A stretch of DNA of 64,000 nt from Cercozoa sp. M6MM (taxonomy: Eukaryota; Protista; Endomyxa: Ascetosporea), in assembly GCA_040357565.1 (NCBI GenBank), contig JBDODJ010000056.1; one strand, 5' to 3'. Each line of letters opens with the position of its first letter. Position 1 is the first letter of the stretch. The notes under the pieces are model-generated. The model did not search any database and had not been told where the DNA came from. It saw only the letters and a program-made list of their open reading frames with translations. The position numbers were made by a program, and so were the translations under genes. Positions 13,866 through 26,319 of this stretch are shown one piece after another.

Positions 13866-15093
13866 GGATGGAAGATGATGACGTCAGCTGACAGTGTCAT
13901 CTCAACACAATCTACAATATCGGTCTACGATCACCAGCACTTCCTATACAGCGACCACCATGCTGTTATGGTCACAGTGGAACGAGCAGTGCGTAAACCA
14001 AATACGTCATACGGAGGAAGAACTACAAAAAGATAGATCTCCGCCCCAAAAGTACACAGAACATGAAACTTATTAAGGAACTGAAAAACAAAAATGAAGA
14101 TGCATCTGGACTCGAAGCACTCCTCATAAACATGAGAAAACAGCTCAGACAAAGCCTTCGCATTGATAAGCAAGCTCTATGGCATGAGAGAGTGGCCAGA
14201 CTGAACGCACACACAACAATCGGGGAGACCACTCGACTACTGAGAAACATCAAAGACACCCCCGTAAGGAGCAGTAACCACTGCACACAGTGTCGGATAC
14301 GCCGATGACTCATACGTCATAGTAAGGACAACAAAGAGATCAGACACGCAGGAAGCTTGTAAGCGCCTCTTGGACACAGCCACCACCTGGGCAAAACGCA
14401 ACGGCATGGAATTCGCACCCACAAAGACTCAGTTCATCCAAATGGGAAAGAAGACAATCAGAGACTTCAAAATCAGAATGAAAACACTGTCCCACGATAA
14501 CTAGAGAGAAGACATCGAGCAAGTAGACAAAATGAGAATTCTAGGTCTCCTCATAGACAGAAACCTGTCGTACGAGGCACACGCAGAGCAACTACACCAC
14601 AAAATCACTCGGAGGGTCAACACACTGAAAATACTGATATACACAAGGTTTGGACTCACACAATACCTAGCGGTACAGATATACAAAGCGTGGATACTGT
14701 CATGCGCTCGATACGGCATCGCGCTCTGGTGGCACAAAATTGGCAGCACAAAATGGAGGAGAAAACTCGAAATAACACAACGCACCGCCCTGAGGATATG
14801 CATGAGACTACCCACGAGCTCTCCTAATGAGGCAGTGTACACCATCACCGACACAGGAACAATCGGAGAGATGGCAGAACGGGCAGAAGCGACAGAACTA
14901 GACGCCTCTCTACTTGCAACCCGCTACCTGCACCAACCATGAAGTCGACTTCGGTGTCTGGGAACGTCAAAAAGGAGTTTTATGGTTCTACTCAAAGCGG
15001 GCGGTAGCCACGGCCAGGCTCTTGTGACCCACCCCGAACTGGCGCAGGGGAACTACAAAGTTGGTTTCCTAGAGACTCAACTAACTAACTACT
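13866..15093 (+). mobile_element. Decayed, internally deleted non-LTR retrotransposon (I/Ingi/Tad-like LINE), copy A
   Basis: APE endonuclease end motif LYSDHHAV (~13944-13967); RT YADD and thumb region nearly identical to 52889-53521; in-frame TAG at ~14502; 3' UTR and (TAAC)n tail shared with copies B and C. Confidence 0.9.
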
Positions 15094-15397
15094 GTTTGGT
15101 TCGACCGACGTCCTTGGCGGCACGGAAGTCACCGCCAGTAGGGAAACCGTTTTGAAGTTCTCGATTGGCACCTTATTCTGCCAATCACAAATAAGCAGGA
15201 GGTCGAACAAAATAAAATAAAAGAAACAGTGCGTGCGCTATTCGCTCAAGGGCTCCGAGGTGCACTATAGTTGTGTGCATACTTTCTTTCAGCACAAAAC
15301 GCAGTGCACCGCACTTTAAATTGGTACTCGCGCACCCAATCATCTGCATATCTGTCTGTAAGTTTACGTTTGTTGCGCCGCTGGCACAGAGAAGAGC

Positions 15398-15967
15398 ATG
15401 CTAGAAGAGTTGTTTAGTGTCGGTGATGACAAGGACTACAAGTCAGAGGGCGTGCGTATCTTGTACGTTTGTTTTCGGCGTGTATTTTCGGTTCAACGAA
15501 AATGTGGTAATGGCAGCTCAATAGTGGCCGGTTGGACATTCTTTCTGTCATGGTCGATGTCGTTTTACCCGCAAGTACCTGACCTGTTGGTGTGCACGCA
15601 ATCATTGTGATGCTCATACCTGGGTGTAGGTGCTTTTGAACTGGCGACGCAAGTCGGTGGTTGGCTACTCGCTGGACTACCTGACGTACAACATTACGGG
15701 CTTTGTGGCATACTCGATCTACTGCGTCGTCACGATGATTCAGCAGAAGAGGTATGACGAGATCTCGCAGTCTGTGAAACCCAATGGTATAGTATCCCAT
15801 TTACCTTTTGTACCCTGCCATCCATCAGTATTTTTGTGTTTGTGTTTATTCTGCCGTTCAGACACTGCGTTCGCCGTGCATGCCGTCGCCGTGAACCTTT
15901 TCGTTGCTTTCCAGTACGTCACACTTATTGAAATCTTCCGCTATATCTATATATATATATATATGTA

Positions 15968-16021
<54 letters not shown>

Positions 16022-16521
16022 GCCTACTTGTCTTGAGCCGACGTGTTTGATTGATTGGTTGCTATCTGTGTGGAGCAGATGCATGATCTATGAGCGTGGC
16101 ACCCAGAAGGTGTCGCCAGCCTGTCGCAACAGCGTCATTTTGATCCTCGTCATTGCTGGCTACAATGTCCTGCTCGCCGTATCTTTGTCTCCAATCTTCT
16201 TCTTGTATGCTTTCCTTGAGTCTACCCTTCCCCTCGTTTCCAGGGCCTCGGCATTATGAAGTGGGCCGTGACGCCGGCCTCATCCCCCGGTGAGCTCAAC
16301 GTCGTCGAGTACTTTGGCTACGTTAAGACCTACATCACGTTCATCAAGTACGTGCCGCAAGCCATCCTCAACGTGCGCAAGAAGAACACGATCGGCTGGT
16401 CTATCCACATGATCTGGTTCGATGGCTTTGGTGGTGTCCTGGCCTTGGTACCTCTGCCTACCTTTTGCCTCTGCTTTTCTGTGTGTTTGTGTGTCTGTGT
16501 CTGTGTTTGTATCTGTGTGCC

Positions 16522-16569
<48 letters not shown>

Positions 16570-17298
16570 TGTGTCTGTGTCTGTGTCTGTGTCTGTGTCT
16601 GTGTCTGTGTCTGTGTCTGTGTNNNNNNNNNNTGTGTCTGTGTCTGTGTCTGTGTCTGTGTCTGTGTCTGTGTCTGTGTGTCTGTGTTTGTGATGTGTGT
16701 GTAGACACAGATGTCTGTATGTTTATGTGCGTTTTGTTTTCAAAATGAACAGTCGCAGCAGTTTTTGGACGCGTGGAACTACGACGACTGGACCGAGATC
16801 AGCACGAATATTCCGAAGCTGTTGATCTCGTTCCAGACGGTGTTCTTTGACTCGCTCTTCCTCATCCAGGTAGCTCTGTCCCTCTCTTATTGACTAATGA
16901 ACGAAAGCGGACAACGGGTATGTACCTGCTGCCTGCAGCACTACCTGCTCTACGCCAACAACAACAGACGTATCCTTGAGGAGGAGAAGCAGCGTGCCAT
17001 GTACGAAGATACTGACCTGCTGCAGCAGACGGCTGCGGATGCTGGTAGTGACGCTCCCAACTATATACAGACACCCTGTATACGATATCTGTGTGCACAA
17101 CACAGAGCAAGCGGAGGACGGCGATGAGGAAACCGCTCTGCTGGCAGGCCCTGCCTCGGATGACTACCAGGAGTTCACCGATCGCGAGGTATCTCCTTCC
17201 TCCGTCGTGCAGTGGTGTACTGCTGGCGCTTCTGGCATGCGTGTCTTTGTGTGCATGTCTTGATGTGGTGACAGGACCCGGAATCGACGGTCCAGTAG
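15398..17298 (+). CDS. CTNS: Cystinosin-like PQ-loop lysosomal transporter
   Basis: WSMSFYPQ|[25 protein letters not shown]; second PQ loop [24 protein letters not shown]; [21 protein letters not shown]. Confidence 0.92.
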
Positions 17299-17475
17299 TC
17301 GGAGTCGGACGGACGCGGCTGCGTTGCGTCGCTGTCGTGTCGTATAGCGTTCCGTGCGCTCACGCGCTGCCGATGCCTCGATATTATCTTATCTGATCAT
17401 GATTTTCAGTTTCGTTTTGTTCGTTTGCGCACAGCACCAACCAGTGTGTTTGATCCGATCGGTGCCCAACTCGTT

Positions 17476-17556
17476 ATGTTAGTTAGTTCAGCCTGCTAAG
17501 AAACCAACTTTTGATGTGAGATTGTCAATTTTAGTGTTGACAATCTTGCAACATCA
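17476..17556 (-). mobile_element. 3' end of an element related to the LINE family (shared terminal ~35 nt and (TAAC)n tail, different upstream sequence)
   Basis: Minus strand aaagttggtttcttagcaggctgaactaactaac versus LINE end aaagttggtttcctagagactcaactaactaact; 5' extent unknown. Confidence 0.65.
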
Positions 17557-17980
17557 GTGGAAGCCACTTGTTCTTGTGGTGCGGTATCCTCTTGTTACTG
17601 CACACTTTCAGTATTCATTGCTCTGACCCGTCCGCGTGGAGGTCATAATCCATGTCTCAAACAAGTTTGAAACTGGAGAGAAGTTTAAGAGTGTTTTGGC
17701 TTGGTACCTTGCTCTGAGACCAAACTACTGACTCAGTGGATTGCTGTTGCTGAGTGACGACTTACTGTAACTAACTGAATGATTTATTTAGTGTCTTCTT
17801 TCCCTTACTGATTAGGCCATTGAGCCGCAGTAACACTCTTCCGTATACGTACTCAACTCATTCGATTATGATTAACTTACGTCAAGCCTGAATGAATAAA
17901 CCAAGTGTGTCGTGCGCATCACAGGCGAGGAAAAAGTGACGAAAAATCTAAAGCACGATGGCGAAGGCGCAGGCTCGCCC

Positions 17981-19684
17981 TTAATGCGACGCCACCTGTC
18001 GCTGTTGCGCGTCCTGCTCGTACTCGAACTCGTACTCGATCGTGCCAGAGCCGGATCCGCTGCCCTTCTTCCTGTCGCCTCGTCTATGCACGTAGAGCAC
18101 ATTTAAACATAGATACGTGGTTCAGAACAAGAAACGCAGAAGAGGTACCGACGTTTCTTCTGGCGCCGTTGCTCGCTCTCGTCGTCGCCTTCGTCGCTGC
18201 CGAGGGTAAACACACATACGCTACTGCGAAGGCGTATTCAAAGTATGCGAGTGTACCCACTGTCATCCTCGTCCTCTGAATCCGATGCCACACGCTTGCC
18301 TGCCATCCAAAGTGCAAACATAGACAGATACACAGACAGATACATAGACAGACACAGGGGGTCTGTTGGGGACAGAGAGGAATAAAGTCAGTGGTACCAA
18401 GCATGGCAAAGTGCGCCTTGTCGTGCAGTTCCTCGAGCTCGTCGTCGTCCGACAAAAACTCGTTCTCTTCGGCCGCAATGAACTCGACCTCCTCCCTGCA
18501 CATGAGTTACATCATCTAGGTATGATAAGGGGGCAAGGCAGATCAAAAGTGTTCATACTCGGACTCAGACTCCTCCTCAACCTCCTCCTGGTGCAGCGAG
18601 ATGCCGTGGTTCTGCACGCTCTCGTAGCTGCCTGTTGGCACAGATAGCCACCCGTAGATACATTAGTCTCGATGCATAGGGGGGGGGGGGGCACATGTCC
18701 CTTTGTACCCTCGTGGAGTCGCGTCAGGAGTTCCTTCTTGAGAGCAGTTGTGATCTTGGCCGCCTTGAGTGCCTGTATTAGATAGACCAGGGTTGATCGA
18801 CACAATGGCTGGGTGCAAAAGTTGAGGGAGTGACAGCAGGCACCTTGCGTTCGCGTGTACGGTCACGTCGCTCGTGCTTCTTTTGAATGGTGACCAACTT
18901 GACCTTGGACTTGAGACGCAACTGACGGGCACTACACGCAGACCATACAGGGTAGGTATAGCCATGGGGAGTACCTAAGAAAGCACAATGATAAGACAGG
19001 ATACCGAATGAGGTATTGATGAAGCTTAGTGAGACGCTGCTTGCACTTGTGCTGCAAGAACTTCGGCCAGTGCTCTAGATGCGAGCTAATCTGCTCGAGT
19101 GCCTGTGCGTAGTTGCGCTTCAGTCGCACCTACCGACACACAGTAGAGCGTACACACACGCACGAACGCACATACACACACATATAGACGCAGGACAATA
19201 AAACGGAAGGCACCTTTTGCCACAGGCGCGCGGGCTGGTGTGCGCGCTCTGGCGTCTTCATCATGAGGTACAGCACGCCCTGGTCCTCTCTCACCTAAGC
19301 ATGGATTCGTACAGTCAATTTGTCTTTGTACATGTGCAAGTTAGAAAGCATATACTGTGGCGTATTTCGCGTTCGCGAGCGGACACGCACGGCGTGCACA
19401 CAGGCCTTTACAGAAACACGGATTTCACAAACAGTTCCTCGAAGTGATTTGAGTAGATGGATGTCGGCACCTGTGACATTGTACTTGTTCTTGCAGAAGT
19501 CCTACACAGATAAGTCAGGAGTATGTGTTCATAAGAACATCGGGCATACCTGCGTCTTGATGCGGTCTCGGAAGGCGCAGTGGCCCTTGGAAATCACGCC
19601 CCAGATCACCTGTCCACAAGTGTATACTTGAAGAGGACATAACACCAAAACACACTGAGTTTAACGCACGTCGTCATTGTCCAT
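17981..19684 (-). CDS. MAK16: MAK16 60S ribosome biogenesis protein
   Basis: MDNDD|[23 protein letters not shown]|[60 protein letters not shown], acidic tail ending IEYEFEYE. Confidence 0.95.
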
Positions 19685-19952
19685 GGTGGGTCGGGAGGCT
19701 CTTAACGCACGGTCACGATCACTCACGCGCCTACGCACCACTCAAAACTTTTATTTCTTTGTTTCGTCCATACAGACGAGATCACGCAAATTGTAGCCAC
19801 AGTTTGTCATCATCGTGAAGTTAGAGCAATCTGCATAGCGTTGAAGCGTCTTTAACGCTTTTACTGGTTTGTGGGATATTCTAAACTTCGGTTAGCCACC
19901 CAGAGGAGCAAAAAACGAAACGAAAAACTACTGGAGAAAGAGAGACGACGCA

Positions 19953-22304
19953 ATGACGCCGGTCGCTCTTCCGGAGTGGTTTCCGGTGCCCACCGGTGCC
20001 GTTCTGCAGGTTGAATTGCCTGATTGCGAAGTATTCGCCCTCACCTCGCGTAAACTTTAGTTGTTTTTTAACTTGACTACGTTGACTGGCAGTTGCATGT
20101 ACAGAGTCCCGGACGCGAGTGTGCACTGGCGCCCTGAAAGTCTGGGCCTACGGCAATGGAGCGCGACGCAGTTACTTGTTCTATGTAGGTACAGCAGTTC
20201 CACGCCTTCTGTGTTTCTTTGACCAAATCGGTATGTTTGTGCAGGCGATTGCTTCCGGTGCGAGCTTTCGCGCGAATTGAAAGTTTCGAAACTGTCGCGT
20301 CGCTCTTACGCTTTTCCACAACCGCGTAAATAATCTTTTTCTTTCTTGAGCAACTTCTTTGGATTGCGAACTCGCGCAGAAACTACATCGTATTTCGCGG
20401 TCTTGCTTGCGGAAGAAACGGAAGCTATCGACCAGGAGTTTTTTGAGTCATTTTTGGCCAATGCTGTCGATTATGTCGTACGTGTGTTTCTCATTCTTCA
20501 ATCGAAGGAGGATGAGTTACGTTGTCTTGCAGATTGCACACTTTACCAGCGATGAACACTGTGTGACAAGACTGACTCGTGTGTTTTTCGTTTGTTTCCG
20601 TCTTTTTGTTATGGGGAGGCATTTCACGTGTTTACAGTTGAAAGCACGAGTGAGAACACAATGGCCGTTTCTATCTCGTAACACATTATTCAGTCGTTAT
20701 TTTTTGCATATCATTCACATCGAGGTGACATAGAGCCAATCCAGAGCATGCATGTGTCTTGACGGTCGGTAAGAGAGCCTTTGTGCGCAGTAGGGTCATG
20801 TGTACTGATGTACTGATGTACTGGAACAACAGGCGTATTGTCGCCGGCATTGGCAGCACAGCAGGACCGCTTGTAACGTTTCTTGTGTTTTTAGTTCCAC
20901 GTGACTTATGTGTTTTGTTTACTGCAGAGCGGCACTTGGATTTCGAACAGCCTCGCTTGTGCTGAGGTGTCCTCTGTCGTGTCTACTCCGTCTGCACTTC
21001 ACGTTTTGTTGCTGTTGCTCAGTGCATCGAATGCGCTGGCACATGGCTTACATCGTGGCTCACAAATGTACGCGTCTCTTGCCCGAGCGTTCGGTGTCTT
21101 TCGTCTGCACTCACTGTCCGTCGTGTTCTCGTAGGGTCGGAGTTGGCATTCAGAAAGGAGCGGCATCTATCCGTGGTACAAGGGGCTTCGTTTGCGGAGA
21201 TTTGTTCTTTTCTAAGTCTACTCTGCACAGGCAAGGTTACACCGACCGACGAGCCCCGTCGACTCAGCGATACCACAAAGAGTCGAATTGCGACAGCGAA
21301 ATCCCTGTCTGCCTCGGCTGTTACGGTCAGGTATGCATTTATATATTAATAATTTGTGTGCGAGTGCATTTGTACATGTTTGTGTGCCAAGTGCTGCCCT
21401 CGTTTCTGGAGTCGTTGCAGGTACGTTCAGCTCTGTTTACGTACCTTTTGATTTGCCTGATGTGTTTGTGTCTGCTACTAACAGTGACAAGCGCACTGGC
21501 GTCCACTGCTGCTTCACGACTGCGAAGCAATCTGTACTGTTGAAACCTGAACTCAAAGAATGACGCACTGCGTTACCGCCTGAGTTTTTGAGTAGGGAAG
21601 GCGACAGTTCACCGTCGCCGCGTGCACAAGCTGCCAAAGGTGTCGTACTGTCTTCCTTTAATCTTGGGAAGGAATGGGTTGTCGGTCTGTAGCTGTGGCG
21701 CAGTCACTCGTTCTGGGTGTTGGCACGGTCTACGAGGTACCAAACGTTGTCAGCACTAAATGAATGCACACAGTGTTCGTGGTAGAGTGCGGCAGCGGCA
21801 GGCATTAACGTGCTGAAGGAGACTTCTGAGGCAACTGCTGATGTGTATCGTTCAGCGTTCACTTTGATTCCTCTTCCTGCGCCTCCGTTTTACTACTCTT
21901 TTGATTTAGCATCACACATAAGTACGGCGACGAGTACGGCACAGGTATGCCCCAACAGCCCTCTCTGCCCCTGTTGTGTTGATTACGATTATCACTGACA
22001 GCGGCCCGAGATGTCGGCAAGAGCGTCACCAATACTGCCACTGCTGCTGCTTGCTATCGGCATCTTGGTGGTACGATCTACCGATTGTACGGTCGAAAAG
22101 TAAAGTGAATGTGTGGCCGGTGCAGTGCGGGCCATGGCTAAAAGCGTCGCGAAGAAAACCGCGGTCGAGCTTTTGGAAAATGACGAGCACGAGGGTGATG
22201 CTCAGGCCGAGGAAAACGCCATTGCGAGCATTATGCAGGCTGCGAGCACTCGCCCCAGGCCAACTCAAACTGAGGCACCTCGCTTGCCCCCGCCTGACTA
22301 CTGA
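19953..22304 (+). CDS. Senescence/spartin (SPG20/ERD7)-like domain protein
   Basis: Spliced MTPVALPEWF..GALKVW..YLFYVGD..YAFP..FFESFL, then small-residue amphipathic segments (RIVAGIGSTAG, GVGIQKGAASIR, PTDEPRRLSDTTKSRIATAKSLSASAVTV, RAMAKSVAKKTAVE) resembling the senescence domain. Assigned by eye. Confidence 0.55.
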
Positions 22305-22614
22305 CCAACGCAACTGGACTGTTTGGACGCGGTCGTAGGTTGGATCCGGACACTCCCTGATAGTCGCATAATCTACTGCACGGTCACTATGATATTGCAC
22401 TTCTGTACCGTAGGTCAGATCCTGCCTACTACGATACGTAACTTAACTCCTCGAGTGTTTTTTAGAACTCGTAGGGCGATGCCGATTGATATGAGCTGCT
22501 CCATGACGTGGTTCGAGATAGATAGTCGTTAAGTCCGTCGGCATCAATGTTAGCGCGCTGACTAGACCCTTGTCGATCGGCTCTGGTATCTAAAGGAGCA
22601 GCACATTTATTGGG

Positions 22615-25477
22615 TTATCTGCAATTGTGCGAACCTTTCATACCAGACAAAACAGAAGGGGATCGCCCGGTGGCTTCTTCGTTCAAAAAACTAGGTTTGT
22701 CCATATGGCTGTCGAGCATAGTATCGGCCGGAGTGGGTTTGAGCATGGTATCGCGTGCAATGTCGAATTCTTGTTCTTCGAGTTGTTTGGCTGAAACGCC
22801 GGCATTGCTGTTGTTGCCTGCTTTCTGTTGTTCACTCGAGTCGACTCTGTAGTTGGCACCACTGCTGGATGGCGTAGGTGTAAACAGTCCTTCCCTCTCA
22901 TTTTTCGAGAGTTGCGAACTTAGCACAGTACTGCACCAAAAAACGATATCAGCTCAGAGTGTACGGGGGTTTGCGCGTATATCGAAAGAAATTATGTTAC
23001 TCTAGAAGAGTCGAAACACGTTGTTGCAACTCGTTTATTTGAGTGCAGCGATCATTCAGTTCCTAATTTAACGCGGGAAAAGTACAGACACCATAAATAA
23101 AATTTACTCACGGGTCCGAACCAGGAAAATTCAAGTGTTGTTGTAAAACCTTTGTTGCCTCCTTTGTAGCAAGCTCGGCGTTCTCACGTAGTTTTTGCTC
23201 TAATTGGTTTCCAGGTTTGATGAACTGCAATGTTGTTTCATAAACAGTACCGTGTTCCAACTCATCTTCGATTTTTGCAAGTCTTCGTCGCTGTATTGAA
23301 GACACAACATTATTGAATGCTGATCTTTGTGTCAGCCGCTCGTGGTCTTGAGTTGACCGTTGGATTTGTTCTTCGAGTTGTTTGCATTTCCTCTTACTAC
23401 ACAAACATACGTTGCAATTTTCTCGGAATCTGTGACTTACACTTGCACAAGCTCAAAGGCAAATTCAAGCAGTGCGTCCTGTCGTCTTTGAAGCTCGCTT
23501 CCAAGAACCAGGGTTTGGGCAGAGCGTTGCCACCAACGCGCGAGAAACTCGTGGCGCAAATGCTGATGGGCGTCTTTGGTGCTTTCGTAAGTTTCATTAA
23601 GCTTTGCTCGACTTTGTTTCAGCTCATCGATTTTGTCGAGCACTTTGGACACGCAGCGCTCATCGGTGTTTGCGTCGCATTGCAGACGATTCAACTTCGC
23701 TCGGATGGCCATACTTTCGGATGCGGCTTTGTGAGCGCGAGCTTCGTTGTCTTGAAGGAGTTGCTCCATTTTTCGAAGCCTTCGCTGCACGGCAAGCTTT
23801 GTGTGTCGCATCTGGGAGGCAAGACTCGAGGCCTGGTCTGCTCGTCGTGATTCAACACACAGCGTCTTTTTTAGTTCCGCAATCTCACTGCGCAACCTTT
23901 GTTCACGCAAGTTAAACTTTGCCTTCAGCTCGTCCATTGCCTCGATAACGTCAGTTTCTACGCTCAGGCTACTTTCTGATACACCAGAAGTGTTTGAATT
24001 TCTGCCGCTGTGACTTATGGGATCATCTTCACCGCACATCAAAAGTTCACGTTTCCGACGAGAGAGCTCACTCATCTTTTCGACAACAGCAACGCGCTCA
24101 TCGTGCAAGGCGCGTTCGCGAATGTGTAGCTCGCGTTCTCTTTGTTCCAACCGCAGCTCTCGCTCGCACATCTTTTCACCACTTCGAGTACTGGCGTCGG
24201 TACTCCGTCGTCGGTGCTGTACAGTTTCCTTGTTGGCATTGAAAGTTGCTGGTTTTTTAACGCTTTCATCCACACTGATCGAGGCACGCCGAGAGGCTTG
24301 CATGCGCAGCTTTTGGATAACTTGTTTTTGAGCTGCGGTCGACTCTGGCACTGTTTTTGTGTCCTTTCTCGTCTTTGTGTCATGTTTTTTGTGACGTTCG
24401 CCATGAATCACGAAAGTCGAGAGCTCACTTCCTTCAGACGTGCGAAATAACAACGCAAACTTTCCGCTTCTGTCTTCTAGCGCGCAAACATCGGCGAGCC
24501 GTCGATGCTGTCCATCTCGGTCGCCAGAACTCCGATGTTGCCCATCGACGTCTCGAGTTGCAGCTTCGATTAAGTCGCTGTGAGCAAGGATTTCTCCTGT
24601 GCGCGCGTCGAGCAGTACGCAGATGGAGCTACTGAATACTGCGAACGTGTCAAGTGATTCCAAAAAAACGGCTCTTCGCACGCAGAAAGCTCCTGTTGAT
24701 GCCCTTTTGGCGTCCCAATCAAAAGTCTCTGCTATTCTGACAACGCAGCCGGTTGGTTTGAGAGAACTGATTTCCCATTGTACGCTCTGTGAATGTACAG
24801 TCGAGCATTTGTTGTTTCATTTTTTCTTCAAAACAAATTAGAAAAGTGATGTACCTTTCCTGCGCGGTCGATTGACCAGAAACAGGAAGTTCCGCCATCC
24901 TTTGTTGCGGGTACAAAAACAACGTCCACGACAGGTTCGTCGTGTTCTTTCAAAGTCGTGACCACGGTTCCATCCGTTCTCCATACTACTATATTCCCGT
25001 CCTGTTTGCAGAGAGAGAAAACGTCGGACGCTCAGTTTCTCAAAATCCAAATACTAGTGGAGAAACTACGGCTGTTCCGGCAAAGACGAGAGTTTCTCTA
25101 TCGCATCGCGCGCAACGAACAACAAGCACACCTCCGTCCAAGCCAAAGAACGTTTTGAGGCGTTGCGCGGGATTGGCGTTACTCAGCACTCGAAAGTTTA
25201 CATCGTTGCTTGTGGAACAAGTGATTAAGATGGGGTTGCTGCCGAACCAACAGGCTTCAGTATACATTTACGTACGAACATTTCAGTTTCGAGAAACAAA
25301 CCTGTTGAAAGGAGTGTCGCGGTCTGCACTGGTTACAGCGAGTGCTCTCAATGAGTGTGAGTGAGCGCGAAACGAGTACACTAGCTGAACCAATGGCAAG
25401 TTATTCGTTGCGCGTCCATTATAACTGACGACTTTCTGCAGGGAGATGCTACCATGATCATAGAGTGGATAAAACAC
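22615..25477 (-). CDS. Hypothetical protein with beta-propeller-like N-terminal part and long coiled coil (5' end uncertain)
   Basis: 414-aa exon 23437-24681 rich in E/R/K/L heptads; upstream exon YTEACWFGSNPILITCSTSNDVNF is WD40-like. Confidence 0.5.
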
Positions 25478-26319
25478 TAAATAGACTGCATTATTACCAC
25501 GGAGCCATCACTGCAGCCAAGCCAGAGCCTGCCTTGTTGCGGTCCTGTCGGTTCGAAAAAGGAGGTCACCGCGAAAGCTTTGTGCTGGTATGTTCGACTT
25601 GTGTACAACTTGATTCGACACAATAGCGCGAGAGTTGTCCCATCGTGTACATTGAAACTCCCGTCTGTGCGAAGACATGAGCAGATTTACCTTGCAACAA
25701 TGTAAATTGAAAGTGTAAGTTTTAAAATTTACCTGTGCTACAAACGAAAATACGGTTCGCAGTGCTGCATACCGTCTTGCCTAGCGTCCGGAGCTGCAAA
25801 AACCAGCTGTCAAGATGTTTATGGGGATAACATGTTATTTGAGTCTTTTTAAATGGGAAGCCTAGAAACCTGCATTGCTCGTGACACTATCACGTGGGTC
25901 ATCGCATTTGGGCACTCTGAAGAATGCTCACGCCTGAGCAAAACCAAAACGACATATTTCCGTCAATCACTTGTTTCAGCGTTTTTCCGAGCTGCGACAG
26001 AAAGGGGAAAACAAAGGTTGATAATTTACAACTGTACGCTTTCGAAACGTTTGCAGCAGCCATCCTCTACGCTGCAGCGTACAAACGAGTCCTGACACTT
26101 AAAACTCTTACGAAATGCCTCACATTTGACCCGGATGTCACCGACTGACCGACCCTCACAACTAAACCACATTTTTGACCAGCGTGGTTTCAAACCCCTT
26201 AGATTTCAGTCAGGGAGATTGTTGGATAAAAAATTGGTAAACTGGATCCTCTACAGAGGTGTACATAGCAATCTTGTCTGGTCACAGTTTTTCGGCATTC
26301 GAGCTGCTGGAGAAAGATC

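Noticed and set aside
16256-16748. Poly-VC/HT/HR ORFs here and at other tracts
   Set aside because: Translations of intronic (TG)n and (TGTCTG)n microsatellites, not proteins.
18679-18691. G/C homopolymer runs (also ~32102, ~37930, ~50485) as G-quadruplex or regulatory signals
   Set aside because: Isolated intronic mononucleotide runs, too few to distinguish from slippage.
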